A stretch of DNA of 64,000 nt from Atribacterota bacterium (GCA_040767965.1 JAXGNR010000004.1:160001-224000), one strand, 5' to 3'; positions 1 through 11,633 are shown, numbered from the stretch's first letter. The notes: generated by a model from the letters alone, not told the origin. Numbers and translations: made by a program.

Positions 1-1
1 A

Positions 2-1258
2 TTTGGTGTTATTCATAAAGAAAGAATAAAAAAAATTAAAGAACAGGTTGATTCTTTAACTTTAACCGCTACTCCTATTCCCAGAACTTTGTATTTTTCC
101 TTAATCGGAGTGCGGGAAATGAGCCTAATGAATACTCCACCCGAATTACGTTTGCCGATTGTAACTTATTTACGAGAAAAGGAAAACAGAATTATTCAGG
201 AAGCAATAAGAAGGGAGATCGATAGAGAAGGACAGATTTATTATGTTCATAATAAAGTTGAAGATATTGATATTGTAGCTGACCAGATCAAGGAAATCGT
301 TCCTGAAGCCAGAATTGTAGTTGCTCATGGCCAAATGTCAGAGCACATATTGGAAAAAATTATGATAGATTTTCTCAATAAAGAATATGATGTTCTGGTT
401 TGTACAACAATTATTGAAATTGGACTGGATATACCTAATGTCAACACAATTATTATCGACGAAGCACAAAACTTTGGCTTATCTCAGCTCTATCAACTCA
501 GAGGCAGAGTTGGGAGAACTGACAGGAGAGCTTATGCCTATCTGCTTTACCCCGATAAAAAAATACTAACTGAGAATGCCCGAAAGCGAATGCAGGCTAT
601 CAAAGAATTCAGTGATCTGGGTTCAGGCTTCAGACTGGCAATGCGCGACCTGGAAATAAGAGGGGCAGGTAACCTGTTGGGGAAAGAACAGCATGGTTTT
701 GTCAGTGAGGTTGGCTTTAATTTTTATTGCAAGTTGCTTGAAGATAGTATTTCTGAGTTAAAACAAATTGAAGCAGGGGAAAGTAAAGAAGGAGAAAGAG
801 ATCCGGAAATACAATTAAAAATAGAAAGTTATATACCTGTTTCTTATATTTCTGATGCAGAAAAAAGAGTTTTGTATTATCAAAAACTAAGCCAGGTCAA
901 AAAAAGCAGCGATTTGGAAGATATTGAACAGGAATTAAAAGATATCTATGGTCCTTATCCATATGAGATTTCTAATCTACTCTCAGTAATTGATTTAAAG
1001 TTAAAGGTAAAAAATCTTGGAGTAACCCAGATAAGGATTAATCCTTCTTTTATTGTATATCGATACAATCGTAATTCCCGGTTTGAAAAAAACCTGGAAA
1101 AGCTTGAAGTTAAAAATTCTTCACTTTACAAATATAACAAAGGATCTATTAATGAATTAAAAATATCAGTAAAAAATAATGGAAATAGCGCTGTTTCAGG
1201 AAATATTTTTCAGCAAAACAATCTTTTGTTGAAAAAATTGAGATCCGAAAATAATTGA
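2..1258 (+). CDS. mfd: Transcription-repair coupling factor Mfd, C-terminal part (5' truncated by window edge)
   Basis: Frame open from base 2 (FGVIHKERIK...TATPIPRT); helicase motifs QLYQLRGRVGR and DLEIRGAGNLLG; TRCF domain. Confidence 0.97.
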   Translation, partial: FGVIHKERIKKIKEQVDSLTLTATPIPRTLYFSLIGVREMSLMNTPPELRLPIVTYLREKENRIIQEAIRREIDREGQIYYVHNKVEDIDIVADQIKEIVPEARIVVAHGQMSEHILEKIMIDFLNKEYDVLVCTTIIEIGLDIPNVNTIIIDEAQNFGLSQLYQLRGRVGRTDRRAYAYLLYPDKKILTENARKRMQAIKEFSDLGSGFRLAMRDLEIRGAGNLLGKEQHGFVSEVGFNFYCKLLEDSISELKQIEAGESKEGERDPEIQLKIESYIPVSYISDAEKRVLYYQKLSQVKKSSDLEDIEQELKDIYGPYPYEISNLLSVIDLKLKVKNLGVTQIRINPSFIVYRYNRNSRFEKNLEKLEVKNSSLYKYNKGSINELKISVKNNGNSAVSGNIFQQNNLLLKKLRSENN

Positions 1259-1753
1259 TATGATGAATTGTTGACATTAATGTTATAATCGTTTTGGGTA
1301 AATGCGAATAATTAAATTGAAATTAATGGGATAGACAAAAATATTGTATTTGCTCAATAAAATGCTAAATACAAACAAACCACAAGTGATTTTTTGTTGC
1401 ATTGCAATATTATCCATTGATAATACTATCTAAAGAGTAATGCTAAAATTACTTGTCATATAAGTTATACTATAACTTCAAAATATTTTTAAAAATCTTT
1501 ATTATCTTACTAACTGAAATAACAGTAAAATATATTCTATTTTTATAAAAATTTTATATATTTTTAAATAGTTTTTAATTTTTTAATTATATAATAATGT
1601 TGTTACTATTTTTATTGGATAATGGCAACTAAAAAACAATAAACTAGTCTTTATCACTTTAACTAGCAAAAATAGCATATAAATTAAATCTATAATAAAT
1701 AAAAAATGAAGTTAAATTTTTAAGTTTGATTATAAAATTACAAAAAAGCAGGT

Positions 1754-2182
1754 TTGAAAATGCCAGAAAAATTTGAATCAGAACAAGAACTTTTTTCCGA
1801 ATTAATAGCAATTGTAACTAAGTTAAGAGGACCTCAAGGATGTTTATGGGATAAAAAACAAACTTTAGCCAGCATGATTCCCAACATTATAGAAGAAGCA
1901 GAAGAGGTGAAAGAAGCTGTAGCTGCTAAAGATTATCAAAATCTTTGTGAAGAACTAGGTGACTTGCTGGTGGATATCTTAATGGAAATTCAGATTGCCA
2001 AAGAAGAAGGATTATTTGATTATCAACAGGTTTTACAGGGTGCTAAGGAAAAATTTATTCGCCGCCATCCTCATGTTTTTGGGGATATAAGCGTAGAAAC
2101 ACCAGAAGAGGCTCTTCTTGTCTGGAAAAAAATGAAAAAGAAAGAGAAAGAAGATCGTTCCCGTGATCCGGAAGTGAATTGA
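1754..2182 (+). CDS. mazG: Single-domain MazG nucleotide pyrophosphohydrolase
   Basis: LRGPQGCLWDKKQT, EEAEE, EELGDLL and RRHPHVFG motifs. Confidence 0.9.
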   Translation: MKMPEKFESEQELFSELIAIVTKLRGPQGCLWDKKQTLASMIPNIIEEAEEVKEAVAAKDYQNLCEELGDLLVDILMEIQIAKEEGLFDYQQVLQGAKEKFIRRHPHVFGDISVETPEEALLVWKKMKKKEKEDRSRDPEVN

Positions 2183-2241
2183 TATTTATTTTTGCAAATA
2201 ATCCGATTTAAATGAATGTTTTTTAGAAGAGGGGTGAAAAA

Positions 2242-3561
2242 ATGAAAAAGATTAAATTAACAGTTAATTATCATAGGCTATTATTAAATATACTTTTTGC
2301 TGGAGCATTTTTTTTCTTTTCAGGTATTTTATCTTTGACATTACTTGCTGCTGATGCTTCTGATATAAGTTTAGATGAATGTATTCAGATAGCCCTGGAA
2401 AATAATTTAGGTTATCAAATTACAAAAAGTACTGTTGATATAAAAGATGAACAGGTAAAAGAAGCTGAAGGAGCAAGTAAAATAAATGCTAAATTTCAAG
2501 CAGGCTATATCAGAATGAATGATGCGCCAGATCCGGAAAGTATATTAGAAGGTGATTTTAGTTATCTGTTTTCCACAGGACAGAGCGTTCCTCAAATTTC
2601 TTTTAATTTCTCTAAAGTATTGTATAGTGGAGGAAAACTAAAAACAATTGTGGAACAAGCCGACGCTGAGAAAAATATTTCCTTAAATGAATTAGAGCAA
2701 AAAAAGCATGAGATTATATACCAGGTAACACAAGCTTATTATCAGGTTTTGCAAGCAGAAGGAATGATGAAAGTAACAGAGCAAGCCTTAACACAGATCA
2801 AGGCTCATCTGGGCAATTCCGAAGCTTTACTGGCAGAAGGTATGATAGCCCCTATTGATTTAAATAGAATTAAATCACAATTGTCCAGTCTTGAACATAA
2901 TTTAATCCAGGCTGAAAACGGACTCATACTGGCTTTTTATAATTTAAATGCTGTTATGGGTATTGAATTGCTGGCAGTTACGAGTTTAAAGAACAATTTA
3001 ACTTATTATCCTTGTGAAATTACTCTGGAAGAAGCTCTGGAGAAAGGAAAAACAATCAGGCCTGAAATTAAAAATTTAACCGAACAAAGAGTGATAATGG
3101 AAGGTATGGTTGATATTGCAAAAAGCAATAAAAAACCTCAAATAGTCATGAATATGCAAACTGGTTTAAGCGGCTGGCAGATTGCCGTTATGGGTGAAGT
3201 GCCTATTCTGGATGGCGGAATAAATGATGCGAAAATAAAACAAGCAGAATTGAGCCTTGGTCAGGTTGATCAGGGAAGAAAACAAATTGAACAAATGATT
3301 GAATTTGAAATCCGCTCAGCTTATTTGAAGATGAAAGAGGCTGAAAAGTTAATTAAAATAACTGAACAGGGCATTGAAGATTCTGCAGAAAGTTTTCGAA
3401 TTGCCCAGGTTAAATATAATGAAGGTATTGCAACTAATGCGGAAGTAATTGATGCTCAGAGTGCCTTGATAGAAGCAGAAACTAATCATTTGAATGCTCT
3501 CTATGAATACAATATTAACCAGGCAGCTTTAATCAAAGCAATGGGCAATGCTGACCGGTAG
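2242..3561 (+). CDS. TolC-family outer membrane efflux protein
   Basis: Signal peptide; ALENN; two OEP-like helical repeats; YNEG...VIDAQ; precedes MFP and RND genes. Confidence 0.88.
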   Translation: MKKIKLTVNYHRLLLNILFAGAFFFFSGILSLTLLAADASDISLDECIQIALENNLGYQITKSTVDIKDEQVKEAEGASKINAKFQAGYIRMNDAPDPESILEGDFSYLFSTGQSVPQISFNFSKVLYSGGKLKTIVEQADAEKNISLNELEQKKHEIIYQVTQAYYQVLQAEGMMKVTEQALTQIKAHLGNSEALLAEGMIAPIDLNRIKSQLSSLEHNLIQAENGLILAFYNLNAVMGIELLAVTSLKNNLTYYPCEITLEEALEKGKTIRPEIKNLTEQRVIMEGMVDIAKSNKKPQIVMNMQTGLSGWQIAVMGEVPILDGGINDAKIKQAELSLGQVDQGRKQIEQMIEFEIRSAYLKMKEAEKLIKITEQGIEDSAESFRIAQVKYNEGIATNAEVIDAQSALIEAETNHLNALYEYNINQAALIKAMGNADR

Positions 3562-3785
3562 CCCATGATTATATAATCACATAGAAAGATATAGGATACA
3601 ATAAAAAAAGTATAAAATTATAATATATATAATTTAATATACATAAAATATATATAATACACATAATAAATATATGAATTAGAATTATTATAATAATACA
3701 AAAGTAGTTATTATTTTAATTTTATCCACCATACATAAAGCATAGAAGTATAAAATACATTAATCTTAAGGAGAACTGATTACAG

Positions 3786-5078
3786 ATGAAAATTAGAGGA
3801 CGATCGCTTTTTTTTATTTTTTTATTTTTGATTATAATAGGACTGGTTGCATTTAGGGTAACTACAAAATTAGATAAAGATAATATTAATAATAATGAAA
3901 ATACCTCTTTAATGCAAAACCAGGAGGAACGGATAATACCTGTCCAAACAGGTCAAGTAGAGAGGGGAAGTATTAAATCATTTCTATCGGTATCCGGCCT
4001 GGTTGAACCAAAAGAAACTGTCAGAGTCTTTCCTAAAAGTGCCGGGCAGGTGAAGGAAATTCTTGTAGAAGAGGGTAATTTTGTCAATAAAAATGATATT
4101 TTATTACGCTTGGATGATGAACAAATCAGACTGCAGGTAGCCCAGACAAAAGCCACTCTTGATTCTGCCCAAGCTTCTTTAGAAAAAGTGAAAGCTGGAG
4201 CAAGACCTCAAGAAATAAGTCAGGTAGAAGCGGCAGTTCGCCAAGCTGAGATAAATAAAATAAGTTCAGAAGAAAATTATTTACGGATGCAAAAATTATT
4301 TTCTGAAGGAGCTGTTTCAGAACAGCAATTTGAACAGGCAAAAAATCAATTTGAGATAGCTGAAGCCCAGTATCAATCTGCTAGTGAAAATTACAAGCTG
4401 GTTTTAGAAGGCGCTTCAGAACAAGATCTGAGAGCGATGGAAGCTCAGGTCAGGCAGGCTCAGTCTGCACTGGAATTGACTCAATCACAGTTAAATAATT
4501 CTGTCGTAAGAGCACCAATTAGTGGAAAAATAGGTATGATTAATGCAAAAATTGGAGAAATTGCGTCTTCAGCAATGCCGGTACTGGTAATTGTTGATAC
4601 CAGTGACTTGTATGTTAACACGGGGATTTCTGAAAAAGATGTAGCTACCGTACAAGTTGGTCAGCAGGCAGAAGTGTTTATTGACGCCTACTCACAAATG
4701 ATTTTTCAGGGAGAGATTGTCAGCAAGGGTATAATGGTTGATCCTGCAAGCAAAATGATGGATATAAAAATTAAAATTATTGATGCAGATCTGGAAATTC
4801 CTCCAGGCGTTTTTGCCAGGGCAAATGTTACTGTAAAAGAAAAAACCGATGCTTTAATTATCCCGGATACTGCCTTGACCAGGAAAAGAGATGGCATTTA
4901 TGTTTTTGTTTTAAAAGAAGAACAGGCTGAACAAAGAATCGTTGTTCCTGGTATCAGCCAGGGTGGTAAAGTAGAGATACTGCAGGGACTGACAGAAGGT
5001 GAAGAGATTATAATTTCTGGGAATTTAACTTTACAGGATGGAGATAAAGTTAGAGTAGTCAACAGGGAGGAAAGATAG
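3786..5078 (+). CDS. RND efflux periplasmic adaptor (membrane fusion protein)
   Basis: N-terminal TM, lipoyl halves (V.EG..V.K / RAPISG), long coiled-coil, GLTEGEEII. Confidence 0.92.
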   Translation: MKIRGRSLFFIFLFLIIIGLVAFRVTTKLDKDNINNNENTSLMQNQEERIIPVQTGQVERGSIKSFLSVSGLVEPKETVRVFPKSAGQVKEILVEEGNFVNKNDILLRLDDEQIRLQVAQTKATLDSAQASLEKVKAGARPQEISQVEAAVRQAEINKISSEENYLRMQKLFSEGAVSEQQFEQAKNQFEIAEAQYQSASENYKLVLEGASEQDLRAMEAQVRQAQSALELTQSQLNNSVVRAPISGKIGMINAKIGEIASSAMPVLVIVDTSDLYVNTGISEKDVATVQVGQQAEVFIDAYSQMIFQGEIVSKGIMVDPASKMMDIKIKIIDADLEIPPGVFARANVTVKEKTDALIIPDTALTRKRDGIYVFVLKEEQAEQRIVVPGISQGGKVEILQGLTEGEEIIISGNLTLQDGDKVRVVNREER

Positions 5079-5080
5079 CA

Positions 5081-8000
5081 GTGAATCTACCAAAATTTTC
5101 AGTTAACAGGCCTGTAACAATTTTGATGTTATTTATAGCTTTGATTGTGCTTGGAGTTATTTCTTATCAGGGACTGGGCCTTGATTTATTACCAGATCTT
5201 TCTTTCCCGGTATCAGCAATTATAGTATCTTATCCAGGCGTAGCCCCGGAAGAAATAGAAACCCTGATTACGATCCCTCTGGAAGAAGCTGTCAGCACAA
5301 TGAGTCAGATAGATACTGTAAGCTCCTTTTCTCAGGAAGGAAGCTCAGTTATTCTTTTATCTTTCCAGTGGGGCACTAATATGGACATAGTTTCATTGGA
5401 AATAAGAGAAAAAATAGATATGGTAAAAGGCATTCTTCCCAGTGATGCAAGCGACCCAACTGTTTTCAAGGCGGACCCATCTATGATGCCAATGATGGTT
5501 TTAGGAATGGGATCTAAACAATATGAGTTGCATGAATTAGAAAAATATGCCCAGGATATTGTTAAGCCAAGATTAGAAAGGCTGGAAGGGATAGCCCAGG
5601 CATCTTTGACAGGTGGCTTGGAAAGAGAAATATTAATTTCTTTAGATAATGAAAAGATTAGGGCAAATCAGATAACTCTGGATCAGGTGGTAATGTCATT
5701 AAGAAGTGAAAACATAAACCTGCCTGCAGGTACTGTCAGAGACGGAAATGTTGATTTGCTTATAAGAACTCTTGGCAGATTTGAAGATATAGAAGGCATA
5801 AAGAATGTGATAATAACCAATATGCAGGGAAACCAAATATATTTAAAAGATATTGCCAGGATTGAAGACACTTTTAAAGAACAATCCACAATTAATTATG
5901 TTAACAGACTACCAAGTGTTGCCTTTAGTATTCAAAAAGAATCAGGAGCAAATACTGTTATAGTTGCCAATAGGGTAAATGATGAATTGACAAGAATCCA
6001 AAGATTACTTCCTGGCGATATTGAAATAATAAATATTTTTGATACTTCTGATTTTATTAAAAAAACAATTGCAGAAGTTACCAGCACCTTGTTGATTGGA
6101 GCTGTTTTAGCAATACTGGTATTGTATATATTCCTGCGAAGTTTCAGCAGCACTTTAACAATAGGATTAGCAATTCCAATTTCTGTTATATCCACTTTTA
6201 CATTGCTTTATTTTGCTGATTTGACATTAAATATGATGACTTTAGGCGGATTAGCTCTGGGAATAGGAATGTTGGTTGATAATGGTATTGTAGTATCTGA
6301 AAATATTTATCGCCACCGGCAAATGGGAGAAGATGCAATTCTGGCATCACAGGACGGGGCAAATGAAGTAAGTCAGGCAATAACTGCTTCTACCCTGACG
6401 ACTATTGCTGTTTTTTTACCGGTAGCTTATGTTTCCGGGATTGCAGGAGAATTATTTAAATCAATGGGCTTAACCATTACCTTTTCCTTAATTATGTCCT
6501 TATTCGTAGCACTAACCTTAATCCCAATGCTTTCTTCGAAATTGATCAGGAGAAAACTGGTTTCAGAACAATCATCTGTTGTTAAAAAAGAAGGAGATAA
6601 TATAAATGATCCTGCTGATTACAATAAAAATAAGGAAGATTATGGATATATTGCTGGGAAAGGCGGTTTGTTTAATTTTATAAATCGTATGTATGGAAAA
6701 TTGATTCAAGCATCTTTAAGATACAGAGCTGTAGTAGTTTTTTTAGCAATTGCCATCATGGTAGGATCTTTTTTCCTTTTACCGATAATTGGTACAGAGT
6801 TTTTCCCTTCAGTAGACCAGGGATCTTTTAATGTTAATCTGTCTTTGCCAGTGGGAACAAATTTAGAAGTAACCAGAGAAATAGTAAAAGATATTGAGGG
6901 AATAACAATGAGCATTCCTGAGGTAAAGAATGTTTTCACCAGCATTGGCGGAGATGGAATGGGAATGGGAATGGGTGGTTCTGGCAGCTCAGGAACATTA
7001 ATGGTAACTTTAATCGAACAGTCCAGCAGAGAAAAAGCAGTCAAAGAGGTTATTGCTGATCTGCGAAGCAGAATAACCGATTACCCTGATGTAAAAATCA
7101 ATATCAGTGAACAAGGTATGTCTTTCTCATCAGGTGGCTCGCCTTTATCAGTTAAAATTACCGGAGATTCTATAAAGGAATTGGATTATCTAGCACAGGT
7201 AATGATTAGCCTGTTAAGTGAAGTGGAAGGTGTATATGATTTGCAAAGCAGCCTTGAAGAAGTGCGTCCGGAACTGCATATTAATATAGACCGCCAAAAG
7301 GCTAATATATACGGCTTAAGTTCAGGTCAAATTGCTACCAGTATCCAGGATGCTGTATTGGGAAAAGTTGCAAGTTATTATCAGGAAGAAGGAGATCAAT
7401 ATGATATCCGAGTCATTCTGGATAAAGAAAATCTGGATAATATCCAGCAATTGGAGAATTTATATATAAGTTCAGGGTATGGGCTGCAAATTCCTTTAAA
7501 AGAAGTAGCAGAAGTTGTATCAGGAACTGGTCCTCAAAGGATAAACAGGGAAAATCAGCAGAGAACTGTTACTGTTTCCGGAAATATTGGAGGAAGATTT
7601 TTGGGAAGCATTATCACAGATGCCCGGAAAAAAATAAGTTCCATAGTTTTACCGGATGGTTATAATTACACATTTGCCGGAGAAAATCAGGAAATGGTCG
7701 AATCATTTCAAAGCCTTTTCTTTGCCTTGATTCTTTCAATATTTTTAGTATACATGATCATCGCTGCCCAGTTTGAATCACTATTATTCCCATTTGCAGT
7801 TATTCTCGCAGTTCCTTTTGCCTTAATTGGAGTGATAATAGCCTTATTGCTGGCAGATACCAGCTTTAATGTCCTTGCCTTTATCGGAGTGATTATGCTG
7901 GCAGGTATTGTGGTAAACAATGCTATTGTTTTAATTGATTATATAAATCAGTTAAGAAAAAAAGGATTAGAGAGAAATGAAGCTGTGATTCAAGGGGGCA

Positions 8001-8218
8001 GAACAAGACTGAGACCAATTTTAATGACTACTTTAACAACAATCTTGGCTATGCTACCTATGGCTATAGCGACAGGAGAAGGTGCAGAGATGAGGGCACC
8101 ATTGGCTGCTACAATTATAGGCGGATTAACCTCTTCAACTTTCCTGACTTTGATTGTTGTCCCTATCTTTTATACTTACCTTGATGATTTAGCCAGAAAA
8201 TTTCATTTTAATTTTTAA
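5081..8218 (+). CDS. AcrB/AcrD/AcrF-family RND permease
   Basis: 1045 aa; FSVNRPV start, GMLVDNGIVV, RLRPILMTT. Confidence 0.96.
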   Translation: MNLPKFSVNRPVTILMLFIALIVLGVISYQGLGLDLLPDLSFPVSAIIVSYPGVAPEEIETLITIPLEEAVSTMSQIDTVSSFSQEGSSVILLSFQWGTNMDIVSLEIREKIDMVKGILPSDASDPTVFKADPSMMPMMVLGMGSKQYELHELEKYAQDIVKPRLERLEGIAQASLTGGLEREILISLDNEKIRANQITLDQVVMSLRSENINLPAGTVRDGNVDLLIRTLGRFEDIEGIKNVIITNMQGNQIYLKDIARIEDTFKEQSTINYVNRLPSVAFSIQKESGANTVIVANRVNDELTRIQRLLPGDIEIINIFDTSDFIKKTIAEVTSTLLIGAVLAILVLYIFLRSFSSTLTIGLAIPISVISTFTLLYFADLTLNMMTLGGLALGIGMLVDNGIVVSENIYRHRQMGEDAILASQDGANEVSQAITASTLTTIAVFLPVAYVSGIAGELFKSMGLTITFSLIMSLFVALTLIPMLSSKLIRRKLVSEQSSVVKKEGDNINDPADYNKNKEDYGYIAGKGGLFNFINRMYGKLIQASLRYRAVVVFLAIAIMVGSFFLLPIIGTEFFPSVDQGSFNVNLSLPVGTNLEVTREIVKDIEGITMSIPEVKNVFTSIGGDGMGMGMGGSGSSGTLMVTLIEQSSREKAVKEVIADLRSRITDYPDVKINISEQGMSFSSGGSPLSVKITGDSIKELDYLAQVMISLLSEVEGVYDLQSSLEEVRPELHINIDRQKANIYGLSSGQIATSIQDAVLGKVASYYQEEGDQYDIRVILDKENLDNIQQLENLYISSGYGLQIPLKEVAEVVSGTGPQRINRENQQRTVTVSGNIGGRFLGSIITDARKKISSIVLPDGYNYTFAGENQEMVESFQSLFFALILSIFLVYMIIAAQFESLLFPFAVILAVPFALIGVIIALLLADTSFNVLAFIGVIMLAGIVVNNAIVLIDYINQLRKKGLERNEAVIQGGRTRLRPILMTTLTTILAMLPMAIATGEGAEMRAPLAATIIGGLTSSTFLTLIVVPIFYTYLDDLARKFHFNF

Positions 8219-8411
8219 AACTGAAAGCAGATTTATTTTTTATTAAAATAAATAAATACTTGTGTTAAGTTAATTTATTAATTATACTTGCATAGATTTA
8301 CTATAACCTTTAAGATATGTATAATAGATTTATTATGAAATAATTGTAATTAAAATTGCAATAAAAAGAATTAAAATATTCCCAGAACCAATATTCAGGA
8401 GGATTGATAAG

Positions 8412-10160
8412 TTGAAAAATATTAAAACAAAACAAAGTTTTTTATTTATTTTTTTATTAATGATTATTTTTTTTCTATGCGTTAATAATGGTTTAGCCCA
8501 GAATAATGGCAGGATTACAGCTATTGTAGTACGCGGAAATGAAAACATTGAAGTTTCTTTGATTGTATCTCAGATTTCCTCAAATATTGGTGATTTATTC
8601 TCTAAAGATAATGTGCAAACTGACATGGCAGCAATTTTTGATTTAGGATACTTTCAGGATGTCCAGGTAAAGCTGGAACCTTTCCGGGATGGTTATCGTG
8701 TCGTATTTCAGGTTGTTGAAAATTCTATAATTGAAGATATACAAATTGAAGGAAGTACTACGTTGAGCCAGGATGAGATTGAAAAAGTAATGGTAATAAA
8801 GAAGGGACAGGTATTTTCCCAAAAGATTCTACAGAATGACCTGGATAGAATATCAGAATTGTATCGGGAAAAAGGTTTAATCTTAGCTCAGATGGAAGAA
8901 ATATATTTTGATCAAAAGACCGGAGGATTATTTATCAAGCTTACTGAAGGAAGAATAGAGGAAATTCAAATTACCGGCAATGTTAAAACAATAGAGAAAG
9001 TAATCAGAAGAGAGATAGACATTGAACCAGGACAGTTATTTAATTTTGATGAAGTGAGAAAATCATTGCAAAAAATATATAATCTTGGCTTTTTTGAAGA
9101 TGTTACCATGAAGTTAGAGCCTGGTAATGAAGATCAATCAATCATATTAATAGTTGAAGTAATTGAAAAGAGTACTGGATTACTGGGTGGAGGCGGAGGT
9201 TATAGTTCAGGAGAAGGTCTTTTCGCCTATGCAAGTATCAAAGAATCTAACCTTTTTGGACGAGGACAGAGCATTGAGGCCAAACTGGAAGTAGGGACCA
9301 GGACAACGTACAGTGTTTCTTTCTATGAGCCATGGCTGGGTAATACTCCTACTTTTTTTGGAATAGATGCATATGATTCATTTTTAACTAAAAAAGAGGA
9401 AATAAACAGTGTTGATTCTGAATATGAGATAGCCCGGTTAGGCGGGAAACTAACATTTGGCAGGACTTTTAAAGATAAATTTAAGGTTGGTATTGAATTT
9501 AAAACAGAAGAATCTACTTATGAATTAATTTCAGGCCAATTACCTGAAAATATCCAGGAAGGGTTAACAAACAGTTTTAGACCAATTTTAATTTATGATA
9601 CACGTGATGATAGATTTAATCCTACAGAAGGATGGTTTGGCACTGCTTCAATTCAGAATGCTGGAGGAATATTGGGTGGAGATTATAATTTTAGAAAATA
9701 TGATCTGGATCTGCGCACCTACTTATCTACTGACTTTTTTGGAGAAGCTGAAGATGACGAACAAAATGATACTTCAATTACCGGTACTTTAAATAAAGGG
9801 GTTTTGGCAATGAGGGCGATGGCCGGTATTGGCGATACAGTCTTACCTTCTTTTACAAAATATGAAGTAGGTGGATTGGGAACTATTCGCGGATATGATT
9901 ATAAGGAATTCTCAGGTGACTCTATGCTGGTTTTAAATGTTGAATATCGTTTCCCTTTTTCTGATAACCTGCAGGGGGTTGTTTTTGCCGATATAGGAAA
10001 TGCCTGGGATTATGGAGACACTATAAATATTGGTGATTTAAAGTTTGGAAAAGGATTTGGAATAAGGTTTGATACTTTTTTAGGGCCGATTGGAATAGAT
10101 TATGGCATTGGAGAATCCCAGGAAGGAAAAACCTATTTTAGCATTGGACATACTTTTTAG
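8412..10160 (+). CDS. bamA: Omp85/BamA outer membrane protein assembly factor (about 3 POTRA domains)
   Basis: POTRA motifs (GYFQDV, LGFFEDV), NLFGRGQ, IRGY motif, C-terminal FSIGHTF. Confidence 0.92.
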   Translation: MKNIKTKQSFLFIFLLMIIFFLCVNNGLAQNNGRITAIVVRGNENIEVSLIVSQISSNIGDLFSKDNVQTDMAAIFDLGYFQDVQVKLEPFRDGYRVVFQVVENSIIEDIQIEGSTTLSQDEIEKVMVIKKGQVFSQKILQNDLDRISELYREKGLILAQMEEIYFDQKTGGLFIKLTEGRIEEIQITGNVKTIEKVIRREIDIEPGQLFNFDEVRKSLQKIYNLGFFEDVTMKLEPGNEDQSIILIVEVIEKSTGLLGGGGGYSSGEGLFAYASIKESNLFGRGQSIEAKLEVGTRTTYSVSFYEPWLGNTPTFFGIDAYDSFLTKKEEINSVDSEYEIARLGGKLTFGRTFKDKFKVGIEFKTEESTYELISGQLPENIQEGLTNSFRPILIYDTRDDRFNPTEGWFGTASIQNAGGILGGDYNFRKYDLDLRTYLSTDFFGEAEDDEQNDTSITGTLNKGVLAMRAMAGIGDTVLPSFTKYEVGGLGTIRGYDYKEFSGDSMLVLNVEYRFPFSDNLQGVVFADIGNAWDYGDTINIGDLKFGKGFGIRFDTFLGPIGIDYGIGESQEGKTYFSIGHTF

Positions 10161-10291
10161 CAATACTTATCAATTTAAACTAAAGTTTTTAGAAATGAAA
10201 TATCTGAAAACTTCTAAAAAATAAACGAAATAAGAAAAGTCGCTTTAATAGTTATTATAACAATTGTATAGATAAAATAAGGAGGAAGAAA

Positions 10292-10822
10292 ATGTTTTTT
10301 AACTTGAATGTATTTACAAAATGGCAAAGTAAATTATGTATCTCTCTAAGTGTAGTTTTAATACTGCTAGCAATTTCCATGGTTGGTGCAAGTGCCCAGA
10401 GCATTGGCTTTATCAGCCTGACAAGGGTTACTGCAAGCCATCCTAATACAGAAAAAATAAATCAATTAAACCAGGAATTAAGAGCTGAGTTACAGACCAG
10501 GCAGGAAAAGCTTAATCAAGAAGGAAAAGGTCTTGAAGAGGCAGATTTGATAAAATTAGAAGAAAAATTCAACTCTGAATGGGAACCTGTAAAACAAAAA
10601 ATGCTTGCCCAATTACAAGCTTTGCAAGTTGAAAGAAATTCAGATATTATCCAGGCAATCAGAGCTGTTGGAGAAAAAGGAAATTATCAAGCGATTCTAA
10701 ATAGTGAAGTACCGGTTTTTACCGGAAATGATATGACTGAATACCCTATTATTTTGTATGGAGGAGAAAATGTTACCCAGGATGTAATAACTGAAATACA
10801 GAATATGGCTGCTGCTCAGTAA
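10292..10822 (+). CDS. skp: OmpH/Skp periplasmic chaperone
   Basis: Signal peptide, IGFI.L..V...HP start, coiled-coil, ENVTQDVI end; directly after bamA. Confidence 0.75.
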   Translation: MFFNLNVFTKWQSKLCISLSVVLILLAISMVGASAQSIGFISLTRVTASHPNTEKINQLNQELRAELQTRQEKLNQEGKGLEEADLIKLEEKFNSEWEPVKQKMLAQLQALQVERNSDIIQAIRAVGEKGNYQAILNSEVPVFTGNDMTEYPIILYGGENVTQDVITEIQNMAAAQ

Positions 10823-10910
10823 TAATAGCAAAGGTTGATTCTTTAAAAAATATGAGTAGTTAGAAAATTAATTATATTTGTAGATAAATTGATCTTTGTA
10901 GGAGAAGTAT

Positions 10911-11633
10911 TTGAGTAAAATCTGGACAGATAAACTTGTAAAAATCTACAATAAAAGAAAAGTAGTCAATGAAGTTAATCTTGAAATAAACAAAGGAGAA
11001 GTAGTAGGATTGCTTGGATCTAATGGTGCAGGCAAAACTACTACTTTTTATATAATTGTTGGCTTGATACGACCTGATAAAGGGCATGTTTTTTTTCAAG
11101 GCAAGGACATTACTCATACCCCTATGTATCAACGTTCCCGAATGGGTTTAGGATATCTTGCACAGGAACCTTCTATCTTTCGAAAATTAACCGTTCAAGA
11201 AAACATCCTTCTGATCTTAGAGGCACTAGGGGTTGATAGAATAGAAAGAGAAAAAAGATGCAAAGGTATGTTGCAGGAATTAGAGATCAGCCATTTGGCA
11301 GAATATAGAGGTTATATGTTGTCAGGTGGAGAGCGTAGAAGGGTTGAAATTGCCCGAACTCTTGCCAGCTCACCTTCTTTTATTTTATTGGACGAACCAT
11401 TTACCGGGGTTGATCCAATTGCTGTTTATGATATTCAAGAGGTAATTGGATATCTTAAAAATAAAGGTTTAGGGATTTTGATTACTGACCATAATGTCAG
11501 GGAAACAATGAAAATTACCGATAGAACCTATATTATGCATGATGGCAAAATTTTAGTCTCAGGCCATCCCACAGAAGTAGCCAGTTCTGAAGTCAGTCGT
11601 AAATATTATCTTGGAGAAAGATTTACATTATAA
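10911..11633 (+). CDS. lptB: Lpt ABC transporter ATP-binding subunit
   Basis: GSNGAGKTTTF, YLAQEPSIFRKL, LSGGERRRVEIAR, ITDHNVRET, YYLGERF. Confidence 0.95.
   Translation: MSKIWTDKLVKIYNKRKVVNEVNLEINKGEVVGLLGSNGAGKTTTFYIIVGLIRPDKGHVFFQGKDITHTPMYQRSRMGLGYLAQEPSIFRKLTVQENILLILEALGVDRIEREKRCKGMLQELEISHLAEYRGYMLSGGERRRVEIARTLASSPSFILLDEPFTGVDPIAVYDIQEVIGYLKNKGLGILITDHNVRETMKITDRTYIMHDGKILVSGHPTEVASSEVSRKYYLGERFTL

Noticed and set aside
1271-1289. TTGACA...TATAAT after mfd as a promoter
   Set aside because: Spacer is only 7 nt.
3562-3785. Extremely AT-rich tract (also 1259-1753, 36130-36600) as origin or repeat array
   Set aside because: No DnaA-box cluster or discrete repeat unit seen; similar to other intergenic DNA here.
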